Positions 37,826-57,181 of a stretch of DNA of 64,000 nt are shown piece by piece. The notes below the pieces were generated by a model. That model saw only the letters and a program-made list of their open reading frames with translations, was not told where the DNA came from and did no database searches. Origin of the DNA: Podarcis pityusensis (lineage: Eukaryota). The first letter of the stretch is position 1, and every line of letters begins with the position of its first letter. Made by a program: the position numbers and the translations under genes. The stretch is taken from the NCBI GenBank assembly GCA_964106645.2, contig OZ067039.1. One strand, written 5' to 3'.

Positions 37826-39915
37826 TATTGCTTTCAAATGTATACAATTCTGTTGAATAAGCATCCACAAAAATGTTGAAATGTTTTCATCTTTTTACCT
37901 ACTGCTGATTGTAATCTTTTGAACATATCTTTTCTGCAACAATATTAAATGTTTTATTTTATATTGTTGTAAACCTCTTATAAGTTTTTTTCATAATTAA
38001 GCAGTGTATACATTTTGTTAAAATTAGATATACAATATACTCTACTCTTTCTACACACATGCGCACCATAAATTATTTCATACACCAGGTAAGCAACACC
38101 TGCTCTAAAGCCTACCCTGATTTTCATCCTCTCCCCATCATTCATTCACTTACTCTCACATGCATTATACATTACTCCAACTGCAAGGCTGAAGAGAACT
38201 CATTCTGTGCTATTTTTTCCAAACTTTTATGCAAGAAGCTTCTTTGTAAGCTTCTAGGTCTGCTGTGCTTGTTGACATCAGCAAACCATGTCTGAATTCC
38301 GGTCATGTTACACAGTAATCTGACATTTGTGGTGCAAGGATGGTGCAAACCCCACAGGTTTCAAAATGAAAACCATAAAAGTAAAGCAAGATGCAAAAAC
38401 AAATGTTATAGGTCTGGTGAAAACTATATTAGCTATGGCTTCAGGCAGGAAAAAAAAACCACAAAACAGATGCATGGTATGTTCAAACCTAAGCAACCAT
38501 ATTCCTCTGTTTGTATTACCAGTACTGATTATTCAAAGAAAAAAACAAAATGTCATTTATGCATAATGACTCCCAGGGCTTTTTTCTGGGGGGATGCAGG
38601 GGTACACATACCCCCAAACATTTTGTGAATCTAGGTTTGGCCTCACTGAGGGGCAGTATTTCAATAGAAGTAGGAAAATGAGAGTACGGCAAAACATTTT
38701 TTTTTAGAAAAAAAGCACTGATGACTCCAAATAAGAATAAGAATAAGAAGCAACTGCAGGAGCAGAGGCTCCATCCATGGCAGAAGGAATGTAAAAATGG
38801 TTACTTTCAATTATTTAGAAAAATGACAGGTTTAGGAGATACAGCTTTTGCAAGAGCACACAACTCTTCCCAAACCATACCCTGGCAAGAAAACAAACAA
38901 ACCCACAAACCCTGCAATATCTTCAGGGATTGGACTGAGGCTTATGTAGCACAATCTTTAGCATGCTCACTCAGAAGTGAGCCATAGTTAAGTGTGTTTA
39001 GACTCGCAGCATTACAGCAATTTATCAATAAGGTACTGGACCTTTAAAATTATGTAAGCCCTCCCTCTGGTGGAATATCTTGTATAGCATGTTTAAACCC
39101 AGACAGAAAAAAGTTCAGCATTTCCTGCTTAAGATTAGTATACAGAGTTGTTTCAGCATCAGCAGTTTTTGGGATTCTGGCACCAATAACTGTGTACACA
39201 AACAGTAATTATGCACACAGAAATGTATCTCTTATGTTTTTCTGTGTAAGGTTGCAAACAATTCTGCAGGATCACAGTTGTCCTGGTGAAGTTATGGAAC
39301 CCTGGGCCACATGCACGCAGGAGCAGCAGTATCAACAACAGGCAGAGAGAGCTGGTTAAGAATAAATGTTCTTCAAGAATTTCCACCGAAAAGCAATTCT
39401 GTACAGATTATAATTCCTCCACTTTTAAGAAAACAACTTCCACCAACAGGAAGCAGTTGCAGGCTAATCAATGGACTGAAGTAACTGCAGTTCATTATTT
39501 GAATGGATCTACTCAGAAGTTTTATTCAGGATCCTGTCCCTTGTTAGGCCTTCAGACTTCCCCAAAGACTTGTATCTTTAAAAAATATACAGTAAGTGAG
39601 GAGGCAGTCTCTATTGGAAGTATTTTTAAAAGTTACCAATTACACAGCGATCTTCATCAGGTGAAATGAAAAAGTATGTATACAGCATATCTATATCCAC
39701 ACACATTAAAAGAGATAATTAAGTGTACTAATCTTGATGCATCTATTGCCCATTCAAATTATCAGAAGTTGACAGAAGTATTGCTCTGTGTTATGTGTGG
39801 TCTTGGCAGGCTGACCATTTTTTCATTTTAAGTGGAACATCCGTGTCTCCCCACTTTCATAAATAAATCATTGACACACACACACACACACACCCATCCT
39901 TGAGAGAAGTTATCA

Positions 39916-40164
39916 TGTTCTGGCCTCTCTGAGCAAGGAACACATGTAATAAAACACACAGCCCACACACCAAGTCTCAGGCTGAGAAGCACAGAGTTTA
40001 TTCTCCAGAGAAAAATAGGGCTGGGGAGTGGAATACGCCCCTAGAGAGACTGAGCATAATGCTCCCCATCTCCACACTTTCCAATAAGCAAGAACCAGGA
40101 ACCCCAGCAAGTATCTAGGAAATAATACTGTATCCTTAGGTGATTGTCTTATCATATCTCCAAG
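39916..40164 (-). mobile_element. LTR-like repeat, copy 2 (aligned portion)
   Basis: Inverted homolog of 33651-33880; minus-strand AATAAA at 39997-40002. Confidence 0.6.
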
Positions 40165-41035
40165 TGTGACCCTGGTCCACTGTATTTCTTTCACCCACCC
40201 GCCAGATTCGTTATTCCAATCATTACCATATGAAGAGGCTGGCAGGGCAGAGCCTTGAAGGACAAAGGCTTTCTGTTGGAGCTGGGGAGGAGGAGGAGGA
40301 GTAGGAATAGAGAATGTCTGAGGCGTTAGCTCCTGAGCACCTTGAAGTAAACAAGTTACAAATAACAACCAGCATATTTTGAAAGGATCATGAGGTATTC
40401 TACATAAAGCTTCCCAGAGGGGTTAAGTGTTTGTTTCTAGAGCAAGTGTCATTAGCAAAACAACAAAAACAAAACCCAAGACCACCACCAACCCCAAACA
40501 CATTTTTAAAACCTCTTCTCTATATATGAAGACAGCACCTTTGAAGGAAGATAAAAAGCAAGCAAATGTAGGTGAAACAGCAGGCCAGTTCTGACACATC
40601 TGGAAACCACGGTTTGATTCTAGCTTGTCATTACTAAACCATACTCATAGAGCTAGAGCAGGGATGGAGAACCTGAGGACCTCTAAATGTTGCAGGATTA
40701 CAACTCCCAACAGCCAGGGGGAGCATGGTGAACTCCCTGGCATGTCCAGTTAAAAAGGGCTGGGTAGCGGACAATGTGAAAGCCCTTCCTCTGCCCAGGA
40801 GAGTTGCTGTCAGTCAATGTTGGAAGTAATACAGAGGTAGATGGGCAAGGAGTCTGGCCTGGCATAAGGCAGTTTCCTAAGTTTCTCTAGTAGCTGAGCT
40901 ACACCAGACTTTTAATCTATATGGACATCTACTTCTGCTGGTAACAGGAGAACGGCATATATGTAGCCAATGCAAAAGTCCTAGCAAGAATAGGAGAAGT
41001 TGGAAGGAGGCAGAAACAGAAAAATTGTGAGAGAT

Positions 41036-41041
41036 TTTATT
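41036..41041 (-). terminator. Likely PYCR1 polyadenylation signal
   Basis: First AATAAA I found on the minus strand after the stop (about 920 nt downstream), followed by a U-rich tract. Confidence 0.55.
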
Positions 41042-41958
41042 TTACTACTATTGTGGGCAGCATGGTAGGGGCTGTCCAGGTGGAGCTGCCAAGGAAATTT
41101 GGGGTCCTCTATACAAAGTGAGATAAACAGTGTGTGGGGAACAGTGGCAATCCAGTTTGCAGTGAGGAGCAAAAAAAAAAATAAGGCCGCCATAGCCCGA
41201 AGTCCAGAGTGCATTGCAGACTGTACAGCAGCCACTATTTCATGAGAATGGGATACACAACAACTGCCAGGACTTGAAGGGCCTGCCTGGGGTCAAGTCC
41301 CTGGCCTATTAAATAAGAAGTGTGCCCATACCAGTGAATGTCTACCAGCCTGATACGGCCACAGAAGACAGACAAAGACTGGGAGAGACCAGGTTAAAAT
41401 CTCTGCTTAGACATGGTGCTCCCCAGGTTACTTTGGGTCAGCCATTGTCTCTCAGGGCAATGTACCTCACAAGCAAGGCTTTTTTTCAGCCAAAACTCTC
41501 TGAAACTCAGTTCTGGCACCTCTCAGGTAGGCACCATTGCCATTCTAAAAGAATGAGGGAGGGGTTCATGGTGAGTCCTGGAACCTCTTTTTCTAGAAAA
41601 ATAGCACTGTTCACGAAGTTGACGAAAAGATTAACAAAAAGGGTGTGCCCCGGAGGAAGGGAGGAGGATGTAAATAACAAAACACCGTAATCACAACTAC
41701 AGGAGCAAAATCCCTCAGGGTCAGAAGTACACACAGTCACCTACCCAATGGAAAGTGGTGCTGGTGACAGTCTGCCTCCTGCTCAGCCCCCAGAAATGCT
41801 GGTCCCTGCTACTCTTTAATTAATCACATCTGGAAGCTAAAACCCCGTTCTCCTGCAGCCGCGAAACCAGGCTAGGCCCCACCACAAAAAAATGGCTTAA
41901 GCTACTGCTTCCCCTGAAAGGGAAAGGAAAGTGTTGGCTGGGCAAGGCCCAGGCCTCC

Positions 41959-48028
<6,070 letters not shown>

Positions 48029-48051
48029 GGTGTCAGTTGCCTGGAGGTGAC

Positions 48052-48171
48052 CTAATGGATTCTTGGGAGTGAATAAGAACGCGACAAATTAGAAGTTTCC
48101 CTGCCAGCGACCCGACTGTCTTCAGATCCTGCGCTGATTCCGGGAACTTGGCCAGACCAGGTGGGGCTCAC
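48052..48171 (-). other. Possible 120-nt 5'UTR intron of PYCR1
   Basis: ACG|GTGAGC donor at 48171, branch-like TTCTAAT near 48090, TAG acceptor at 48052 (alternative CAG at 48041). Confidence 0.4.
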
Positions 48172-48199
48172 CGTATATCAGATATACAAGAATGCCAGG

Positions 48200-48830
48200 C
48201 GATTTCTCTTCTATATCACTCGCCCTTCACAACTCAGTTCACCCAATTCGTTCCTTCCCTTCGGCTCCACTTCGCTTCCCACTTGCCCCCCTTTGTCTCG
48301 CCAAGCCTCTTTCCCCGCCTTCCGCCCGCTCCAAGTCCCGGTTTGATCCGTTCCGCGCTCCTCGCAGCCCTCGCCCCATCCCCTGCCTCTACTTGCGCTC
48401 AACCTGCTCCCCAGAGCACAAACCTGATAGCGCCCACGTGGCCCCTCGGGTGGGAGGAAAAAAAGAGCGGACGCGGCGTCGCGTGGCAAAGGGAACAGAG
48501 CGATAACACCTCGTCCAATCCGAGGGAAGGGGGTGCGGCGTCGCTGGCATCCCGTTCAATCAAATGCTGAGGAGGCGGGTCACCAGCTGCCTATTGGAGC
48601 AACCTTTGTTTGCGGTTGCATCATTCGATGCTTTAACGGAAGCCGTGAGAGCCCTAGTCCACGGCTTGGTTTTCGGCAGCAGGTAATGGCTGCTGCGGCC
48701 CATCTGGGCGTTTCCGATGGCAAGCAATACGTACAACTTGAGGCCTCGCTGACCCCTGGGAATCGTAGTCTTGGGGGAGCAGATTAAACGACGATGTGTG
48801 ATAATATAGTTGCATCTTTCAAGTGCGGTA
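48200..48830. promoter_or_regulatory. PYCR1 CpG-rich promoter
   Basis: CCACGTGG at 48434-48441, CCAAT/ATTGG at about 48515 and 48593, C/EBP-ATF element TGATGCAAC (minus strand) at 48615-48623. Confidence 0.75.
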
Positions 48831-48834
48831 TTCG

Positions 48835-49170
48835 CAGACCCTCCAAGTGTCCCTATTTTCTAGGGGCGTCCCTGATTTAGAGAAGCCGTCCCGGTTTCTG
48901 ATTTGATCCCAGAAAGTCCTACTTTTCCTTAGGATGTCCCTATTTTCATTGGAGAAATGTTGGAGTTATCCAACCCCGGAGCCGTCTGAAGGCAGTCCTG
49001 TCTAGGGAAGCTTTTTAAAAATGTTTAATGTTTTATTATGTTTTTATATATGTTGGAAACTGCCCAGAGTGGCTGGGGCAACACAGTAAGATGTGCGAGG
49101 TATAAATAGTAAAATTATCATTAGGGAATGGGACGTCCCTGTTTCCATTGGAGAAATGTTGGAGGGTATG
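48835..49170. mobile_element. Non-autonomous DNA transposon beside the PYCR1 promoter
   Basis: CAGACCCTCCAA...TTGGAGGGTATG inverted termini with internal GTCCC repeats. Confidence 0.65.
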
Positions 49171-52100
49171 AGTTCGCGATTTCTAAAACAAGTGTCTGCA
49201 CTGAAAATTATTTAGAGATCAGATTATTCGAGTTAGAAACTTTGCTTTCTAACTGTAATTATCCAGCTATGATTATTTAGTGAAGTTCACTTCGTATATG
49301 CTCAGAGGTGCCCTGAAATCAGTAAGCTACTTGGTCCTTCCACACTAGAGCCCTTTAGAACTACCGATGCACTGCTTTTCCACAACCAGCTGGAAGCAGG
49401 TCTATAACTGGTTGGTTCCATGCAGCATTTGAAAAACAGTACTGTAGTGTTGCTTTATCCTGTATAATCCTGAAGGAATCATGTAGGTCCTACCATAGGA
49501 CAACCATTGGGTGAGGGGACAGAAGGGGCACAGTACATTTTAGGTGAGTGAGTTTTGTCCCACATGTTAAGATCTCTGAAGAAAAATAACTAGATTAATA
49601 ACAGGTGTCCAGCAATGGGGAGAGGGTGCAAGCTCCTTGGAGGGTGGTGCGCTTGCCCCTCTCTCCCTTGCCCCTCATGCTTTCAGGTGTCCTGAAGGAC
49701 AGTGTTGAAGTAATATCTGTTCCTAGTCAAGTCATTTTTTGTGCTTGGAATGAGGAGTGGGGGACGGGTTCTCTTTTGCTTCAGGCAGCGAAATGTCTTG
49801 TGTATGTCCTTCATCTAATGCACAACCGCACAGAAAAGCCAAACTGGAGCAAATCTTTACCGCATTTGACATAGAAATCCCAAGCGATTTTTTTTTTTAA
49901 CCTTTCCTTATTTTTCTGTTTGGTTTGCATACGTGCTTTAGTATACACACAACACACACATGCACACATACACAGAGGAAAGCACAAAATGTCAAAAAGT
50001 AACTGGAGATAGGGCTGTGTTGCATGACATTGCGGTGGGTGGACCAGATGACCCTTCCAACTCTGATACTATAACATGTAATACCAAAGGGGCAAGCAGC
50101 TCGTTTTGTACTTTGTTCATTTCTTGTATTGGTAACTAATAGGCAGTCATTGCAGATCTTTCAACACCACTGTAATATGTGTAAAAGTGGGTGTTCCATT
50201 AAGCACCTTAGCAGCTGAACTTGGCACTAGCTGCAGCTTCTGAACCAAACACAAGACTAGCCCCACATGCAGTGCATTACAGTAGTCCAGTCATGCAGTT
50301 ACCAATGTATGGAGCACAGTGACATACGCAATATTGTGGTTGCTATGTTAAATATACATAGTTCTCGTAGAACACAGAAGTTGACAGATACATCCCGTCA
50401 TATTGCTGCAGAGCTGTCAGAAGCTGTAGTTGTCAAAACTATTACATATACAAACAAATGAAAAGCCTACTCTTTATATTGGGCTAAAACAGAGATAGAG
50501 CTAAATAGATTCACAGGTGACTGAAACATTGCGTCAAGCATTTAATGTGATTGTAAATCCCCTAGTTGCATTCTATTTTGCTTGTTTTAAAAATAGATGT
50601 CCTAATACTGTGTCTTGTGCTATTAGAAGCTATCCTGGCAAACTGAATGATGAGGTATAAATGTTTTAAATAAACATTACAATCCCATTGCTTTCATTCA
50701 CAAGTGCTGTGAGAAATGTTATTTGCTTCTGCTAATTCCTTCAATCATTCGCCAGGCCTAGCTCTTATTTTGCATGATATCAAAATTGTCGTTAATGACA
50801 GGAACTAAGGAATTAATTTCTCATAAACAAATGTATTTGTGTGGGTTTGTTGGTGAAGGAAGTAGGCTGTATGTAAGATCCTTCTAACCCTTGGATCCTG
50901 CAAGTGTTAAAATTTAAGTCAGGCTAGCTTCCTGTGTTGATGTGATAGCCTGAGTGATGGGTCATAAAGGGAAGCAAAGGGAAGCGGCTCTGTGTGAGAT
51001 GGTAAATGGGTGGGGCCCCTCCCCAACTCCCCCAGCTCACAGTTTGTTAGAAGGACAAAGCAAGAGTTTAGAGTTGTGTTTGCAGTAATATGGCCTAGCA
51101 GCAAAACAGCAAGCAGAGAGAAAGAGCCATGCCAGATCACTGCTGTGGCTATGGGAGAAACAATACACTCTGAGGGTGTTAATGCTATGAATCCGTCCAT
51201 CGTAGACTCAGGTTGTATACATGTACAAATAAACCATGTATCCTAAAGACACTACAGTCTCTGCTGTTCCTCATTTCCAAAAGGAAATACAAACCCTGGG
51301 TAAGTGCCTGGAACCCCAGGAATCTCATACTGCTCAGAGGCTGGGGTGACGTGCAACAATATGAATGGAATGGCCTATCCAAAGAAGCTGGGGTTTGTTT
51401 TTTAATTGGCCAGCTTATTGTGTTGCCTAAAAAAAACCCAACCCTGAGATTGAAAATAGATTCCATTTGTGATTCAGGTCTGGGAGCTTAAGAGCTTGGC
51501 AATTGTAGATATTTGGAGTTATGCAGTGAAGGCAATACCACCTCCAAAGAAACCCTCTGTACCTTTCATTGGATTTACCAGTTGAGTAGTGCCAGTTTGA
51601 GACTCAGCTCTCCATGTGTTCACATGCCTCAAATTCCATCAGTGCTTCTCCTCATTTAATCTCCTGGAATCTTCTGAGTTGAATGTCAGTATCTTCTAAT
51701 GCAGTTCCATGTACGAAGGTTGATGAGACCTTTTAAATGGGGCAGCTCTCAGGTGTGAAAGTCACACGTGTTCATGCTTTGTGCTGCTCATCCAGTCTTC
51801 CACTCCCCCAGAGCACACTACTTCCAAACTTAGGCAATGATTTGAAGCAATAAATAATTATTTTAGGCGTTTCGTGAAATCAGTTTTACTCTGCTCATGA
51901 CTGACTATAGTTAAAATTGTAGGTACAAATACATACATCAATGGAGATATTTACTGTGAACTAAATGCATGAACACAAATCTCTTGTCAGACTGCTCTGG
52001 ATTCCTTTCCTCTGTTATATGCAGGCGAGAAATTCCAGGGATGGTATTTCAGGATTTATTTTATTTTACATTAGCAGTCACATACCAGGTGTTGCTTGGG

Positions 52101-52320
52101 AATTCTAAGAATCTAAGAAATCATTTCAGTTTTGAAAGGTTTAGTCTGCCATCTTTATTGAAAATTACATCTAATTGTATATAAATACAGACAAAAAAAT
52201 CCTGTTCCTTGCTCTGCAAAATGCAAGATTTGGTTATCAGTGCAGTTTTGAAAGGCTGATTCCACCATCTTGATTCAAAATGGTATCCAAACATAGATGA
52301 CAACTTGCTCCTTGCAATTA

Positions 52321-52541
52321 CAGTGGTACCTCGCAAGACGAATGCCTCGCAAGACGAAAAACGCGCAAGACGAAAGAGTTTTTCGTTTTTTGAGTTGCTT
52401 CGCAAGACGAATTTCCCTATGGGCTTGCTTCGCAAGACGTTTGTTTCCTTTTTCTTAAAACTGTTAATACCTTTAAAACCGTGCTTCGCAAGACGAAAAA
52501 ACTCGCAGAACGAATTAATTTCGTCTTGCGAGGCACCACTG
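52321..52541. mobile_element. Tc1/mariner-pogo-type MITE, family B
   Basis: TA-CAGTGGTACCTCGCAAGACGAA...TTCGTCTTGCGAGGCACCACTG-TA with many internal GCAAGACG repeats. Confidence 0.88.
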
Positions 52542-54056
52542 TATTAACTTTCATAACTATAGAGCATACCTTTCCTTTTCCTTTTTATTTTATTTTGTTC
52601 AATTAAACTGTTCTTTAATAAACAAACAAACAAAACCACCTGCTCCTTGATCTCAGGAACCATCATGCAAAAATTGGTTACGATGTTTTAAAAGGTGTGC
52701 AAATGCATAGTGAACAATTCCCCAAAATATATAGTAGATAAGAGCACTAGGGAAACTCTTTCATGTTATTAGCTCCTACTAATGACAGACAATCCAATAA
52801 TCCAAGATAATCTGGCTTCTCCCTCAACTGTCATTAGCTGCTATCCCCTCAGGAGTGTCTCTTCCATCTACTCTGCTTAAAGACCAGCTTCACCAAGCTC
52901 AATAGTCATCAGCAGCCATTTCATCAGTCTGTAGGAGAGAGACAGACAGACAGATATTGGACTGCAGGGCCTTTCTGTCCATTGTGCCAAAAAACTCCTC
53001 CTATTAGCTCCTCTTCTTGAAACATTTCCATTCCAGCTGGTTGTTACAAGAACTCTGTACCTAAGAAATCGTATCTCAGCTTTCTTTTTTCCTTCTCCCT
53101 CTCAAAACATTTTCCTTTTCCTCCTGTATTTTAGTTTGGATTGTAAGCCTGAACATTTCTTATTGGTGGCATTTGTTAGCTGAAGAGGCAGCTTGAAATG
53201 CATTAAATAAATAAATATTGAATCCTGTTTCTGTCTTCGAAGCTACCCTACCCACTTTCATGTTGTCTGCAAACGTGGTTAGGGTCCCCTCCACTCAGTC
53301 CAAATAGTGTATAAACATGTTAAACAACAGAACCTTGTGCTACTCCACTTGTAACATTGATGAATACTGCAAATCCACTTAACACTTGCATTGTCTAACC
53401 CACATGAATTGTCAAAATTCTTGCTGAAATCAATATAGTATTGTGTCCACAGTATTTCCCCTGATCTACCAGGCTAGAAGTGCTATCAAAAAGAGATAAG
53501 GTTATTCAAATAATCAACAGTATTTGATGACTGCCATCCAATGGCATTTTGTATTTAACTGCATTTCATAGTTTGGATGCAATGGAATTTGATATTTGAT
53601 AGCTGACTTTATATGCATTAATAGCAGAGAACTGATACCAGGGTTTGTTTGTTTGTTGGGAAGATCACTTACTGTATATAGTTTCAATGTTAATGACTGT
53701 ATAGATTTTAACATCTGTTTATCAAATTAGGTTTTTCTAACGTCACCAATAACTGAAACAAATTTGTAAATGATGTGCATGTGCAAGTATTGAATTCTGG
53801 ATTTTATTTTGTACTGTTACTGTTTACTGCCAAACAAATACATTTACTTATCCTGTCAACATGGTAAAATTACGTTTGATTATATTTGCTAAATCATATG
53901 CAACAATGTTTATTATTTGACAGCTGACAACTAAAAAAAGATTTCGCATTTGACAACTGCCAAAATCAAAGCAATCAATAGATAGCAAGTCCTAAGTGCT
54001 CAAATGTCTACTTTTGAAATCAAAAGGCATATCCAATTTTCTAATTTGAATTTCAA

Positions 54057-54082
54057 ATCTTTGTGAATATTAATTTTAGTAT

Positions 54083-54123
<41 letters not shown>

Positions 54124-54146
54124 CTAAAATTAATATTCACAAAGAT
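54057..54146. repeat. Palindrome with perfect 30-bp arms around a (TG)/(TA)n core
   Basis: 54057-54086 is the exact reverse complement of 54117-54146. Confidence 0.95.
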
Positions 54147-54514
54147 GAACAGAGAGGGGTGAGTTCATAGCACATTATCGCACACATGTGGTTTTCTTAC
54201 ATGGAAATTATATCCATGTAGGAAATCAAAATGAGGGAAGCAAGCAACGACTGCAAATTCCCTGCAAATGGTCACCACCAGTGTTTGAATAGTAGGGTCC
54301 ACTGTCCTGATATACCGTAATCATTGTAAACAGGTAGCTTATTTTAATATGTGCTGCCAAATGTGTTAATAGTCAAATTCTTTTACGACGTGCAAATATA
54401 CGGTTGTGTGTTGCAAAATGAATCCTTGCAGAGTAAGTTCCTAACAGTACAAACCAATCTAAGATTCATTAACCACACTTGGAGGAGTACTGACACCCAA
54501 CCAGTGAGGAGGTA

Positions 54515-54783
54515 CAGTGGTGCCTCGCAAGACGAAATTAATCCGTTCCGCGAGTCTCTTCGTCTTGCGGTTTTTTCGTCTTGCGAAGCACGGCTATTAG
54601 CGGCTTAGCGGCTATTAACGGCTTAGCGGCTTTAAGAAAAAGGAAACAAATTCGCAAGACGTTTCGTCTTGCAAAGCAAGCCCATAGGGAAATTCGTCTT
54701 GTGGAACGACTCAAAAAACGGAAAACTCTTTCGTCTAGCGAGTTTTTCGTCTTGCGAGGCATTCGTCTTGCGGGGCACCACTA
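54515..54783. mobile_element. Tc1/mariner-pogo-type MITE, family B, inverted relative to 52321
   Basis: TA-CAGTGGTGCCTCGCAAGACGAA...TTCGTCTTGCGGGGCACCACTA. Confidence 0.88.
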
Positions 54784-56955
54784 TGAGCAGTTCAGTTCTA
54801 CTTTCAGGGCACATAAGCTACAAGTGTAGTTTGAATTTAAGCTCATTTGAGACGGGCCTTTTCCAGCTGTTGATTCATAACATTCCTGGCGTTCTTCTTC
54901 TGCGTTTTGTTTGATTTTTATTTTAAATTGCCTTGGAATCCTGCTGGTGTTAAACAGTATACACTTTGAGGAATGCATGTGGCATAGCTCCAACTGTCAG
55001 TGACACTTTTAAAGGGTGGAAAGAAGATTTAAAGTGGATAGCAGGTGTGAGGAAAGGCTACTGTTAAAGTTGTGGTTTTATTTATAACTTGTGCATAATC
55101 TAATATTAAAAAACCACATTCAGCATTTTGCATTTAATGTCTTTATAGGTATTTATTTAATAGGAATTATATACTGTTTCATAATCAAAACCTCTTCACA
55201 GTTAATATACAGGTAGAGAGGTTATGTTATGATAATTCCCATTTTGGAGATATTGGCATCTTCAATCAGCTTCCTCCTTGAGCAATGGTATCTTTTAAAA
55301 TTATCTTTTATGTTCAAGAGGCCTGGAAAACCACATACCTGCAATCAAACTATTAATTGCAGAAGTTGACTTTCTACAGGCACACAGCAGTTTCTATCGG
55401 TTTCTAGCACACTCACTGTAAGGTATTGGAGACATGGAAGCAGTTCTGAAAATGGCATCCCCAGACCCCTCTAATATGTCATTGTAATGCTTGGTCTGTG
55501 AAATATAATCTTTTATTGTTTATGGGTTTTACCAGTTTTATATTTACAGATCACATTTTCATGCCTATACAATAATTCACATAGACATCCCCACCCAGCT
55601 TTCTATGGCAGTTCAGATACATCTCATTAAGGTCTGTGAAATATCATCATCATCATCATCATACCTGGTGCTTCTCTGTCCGCATCAATGACAGCTAAGG
55701 ATGTGGAGCAGAGGCAGGAAAAGGTACGCTATAAAGAGATTCTGTCCAGGGCAAACATGACTACATGTTTGGAAGGACCAGATGAGAACTACTCTCTAGT
55801 AACATGGTGCATCCAATTCTAGGTGCATCCAATTCTAAACAAAACTCATAACCTACATTCATCCGTTGCCAATTCACATGGGCAGATGCAGAAAATAATG
55901 GACCATCACACACATGGAGGGAAGCTATTGTCTTTGTGCTCAAAATGCTCAGACCCAATATTAACTTATTTCCAGAAATCACAGGATGTTCCTGTGGAGA
56001 CGTGCGTTTAAACAGATTTCAAGAAGTGAGAAAATCCAGCTCCTGTTGTTCTGCTGATAGAAATATTTATCTTTCATTGTATCAAAACCTGGGATTTTAT
56101 TTGCCCTTCTGCTTTTGCTGCTGATTCAGATCATTTTGCTACATCCTCCTCTAGGTTTCTTACAGTCCTCCCTGCTCTACTTGCAGTGCTATACTGAAAG
56201 TGTTGCTACCACCCTGTGGTTCCATAGTCATGCAAAACCCTTAGGGCACTGGGAACACCAGCAAAAAAGGCAGGCAGCTCCATACACTTCCTCTGCCAAC
56301 ACCACTACCAGTATCCCTAGCACCAAGGCCAAACTAAATGACCCTTAGAATCAACTGCAGCCTGGACTCTCAGGGCCTCTATGTCTTCATGGGCAACAAC
56401 AGAACAGTGTGGTTTGCGTACCTAGAGTCCACAGCCCTCATCCACAGCAGGAAGCTCAACTCCACCAAGCAAAGGGGGTTTCTCATCTCTTTATGCAGGG
56501 TAAATGGGTCCACAACCCATCCCTAAGACCTGGACACAGGTGCACATCAAATAGCTGGTGGTGCAACTCAGCTGGAAGCCTCCTGCAGGATGCATCCTAT
56601 GAGCAGCTGAACACCTTCCATGGGGAGCTGGCAGATGACCTGGCTGGTTTCTAACACAGTGAATATGTGGAGGATTGGAGCATCCAAGCAGAAAATGGAT
56701 TCCTGCATTGCAGGGGATTGGACTAGATGACTCTTGTCCAGTTCCAGTTCTATGGTTCTGTGGCTGACACACTGAATTGAATAGTGGCAACAGCAGTGGG
56801 GCATCCTCTTGAGCATTATATAGCTTCCAGTGCCACCCAGATAGCTATCACTCTGAAAATCAGCAAAATGCCTTTGCTCTATTGCAGTTTCCTCAGTAGT
56901 TCCTTTACAGAAATAGTGCTCCTTTCTAATGTTCTTTGTATTAAATTAGCCAGTA

Positions 56956-57181
56956 CAGGCAGCCCCCCACTTACACGTGTCCAATATGTGTGTGACCATG
57001 TATACGTACATTGCACTGAACCCAGAAGTGACCTGGAAGTGTCATAAAGACGTCACTAAAAGGATGGAATGGGGGAAGAACTGGATGTTTGCAGGTTTTT
57101 TCAATGGGTTTCAATTATATGTGATTTCACCGACACGCAAGGTGCCTTGGAATGTAACCCCTGTAAACGGGGGTCTGCCTG
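56956..57181. mobile_element. Tigger/pogo-like MITE
   Basis: TA-CAGGCAGCCCCC...GGGGTCTGCCTG-TA termini. Confidence 0.7.

Noticed and set aside
50850-51358. Possible solo LTR (AATAAA near 51228, ends in GCAACA)
   Set aside because: I could not find a matching TG start with a TSD, and there is no second copy in the window.
52321-52541. Regularly spaced GCAAGACG repeats resembling a CRISPR or iteron array
   Set aside because: Eukaryotic context; the repeats are short, irregular and enclosed by MITE TIRs with TA flanks.
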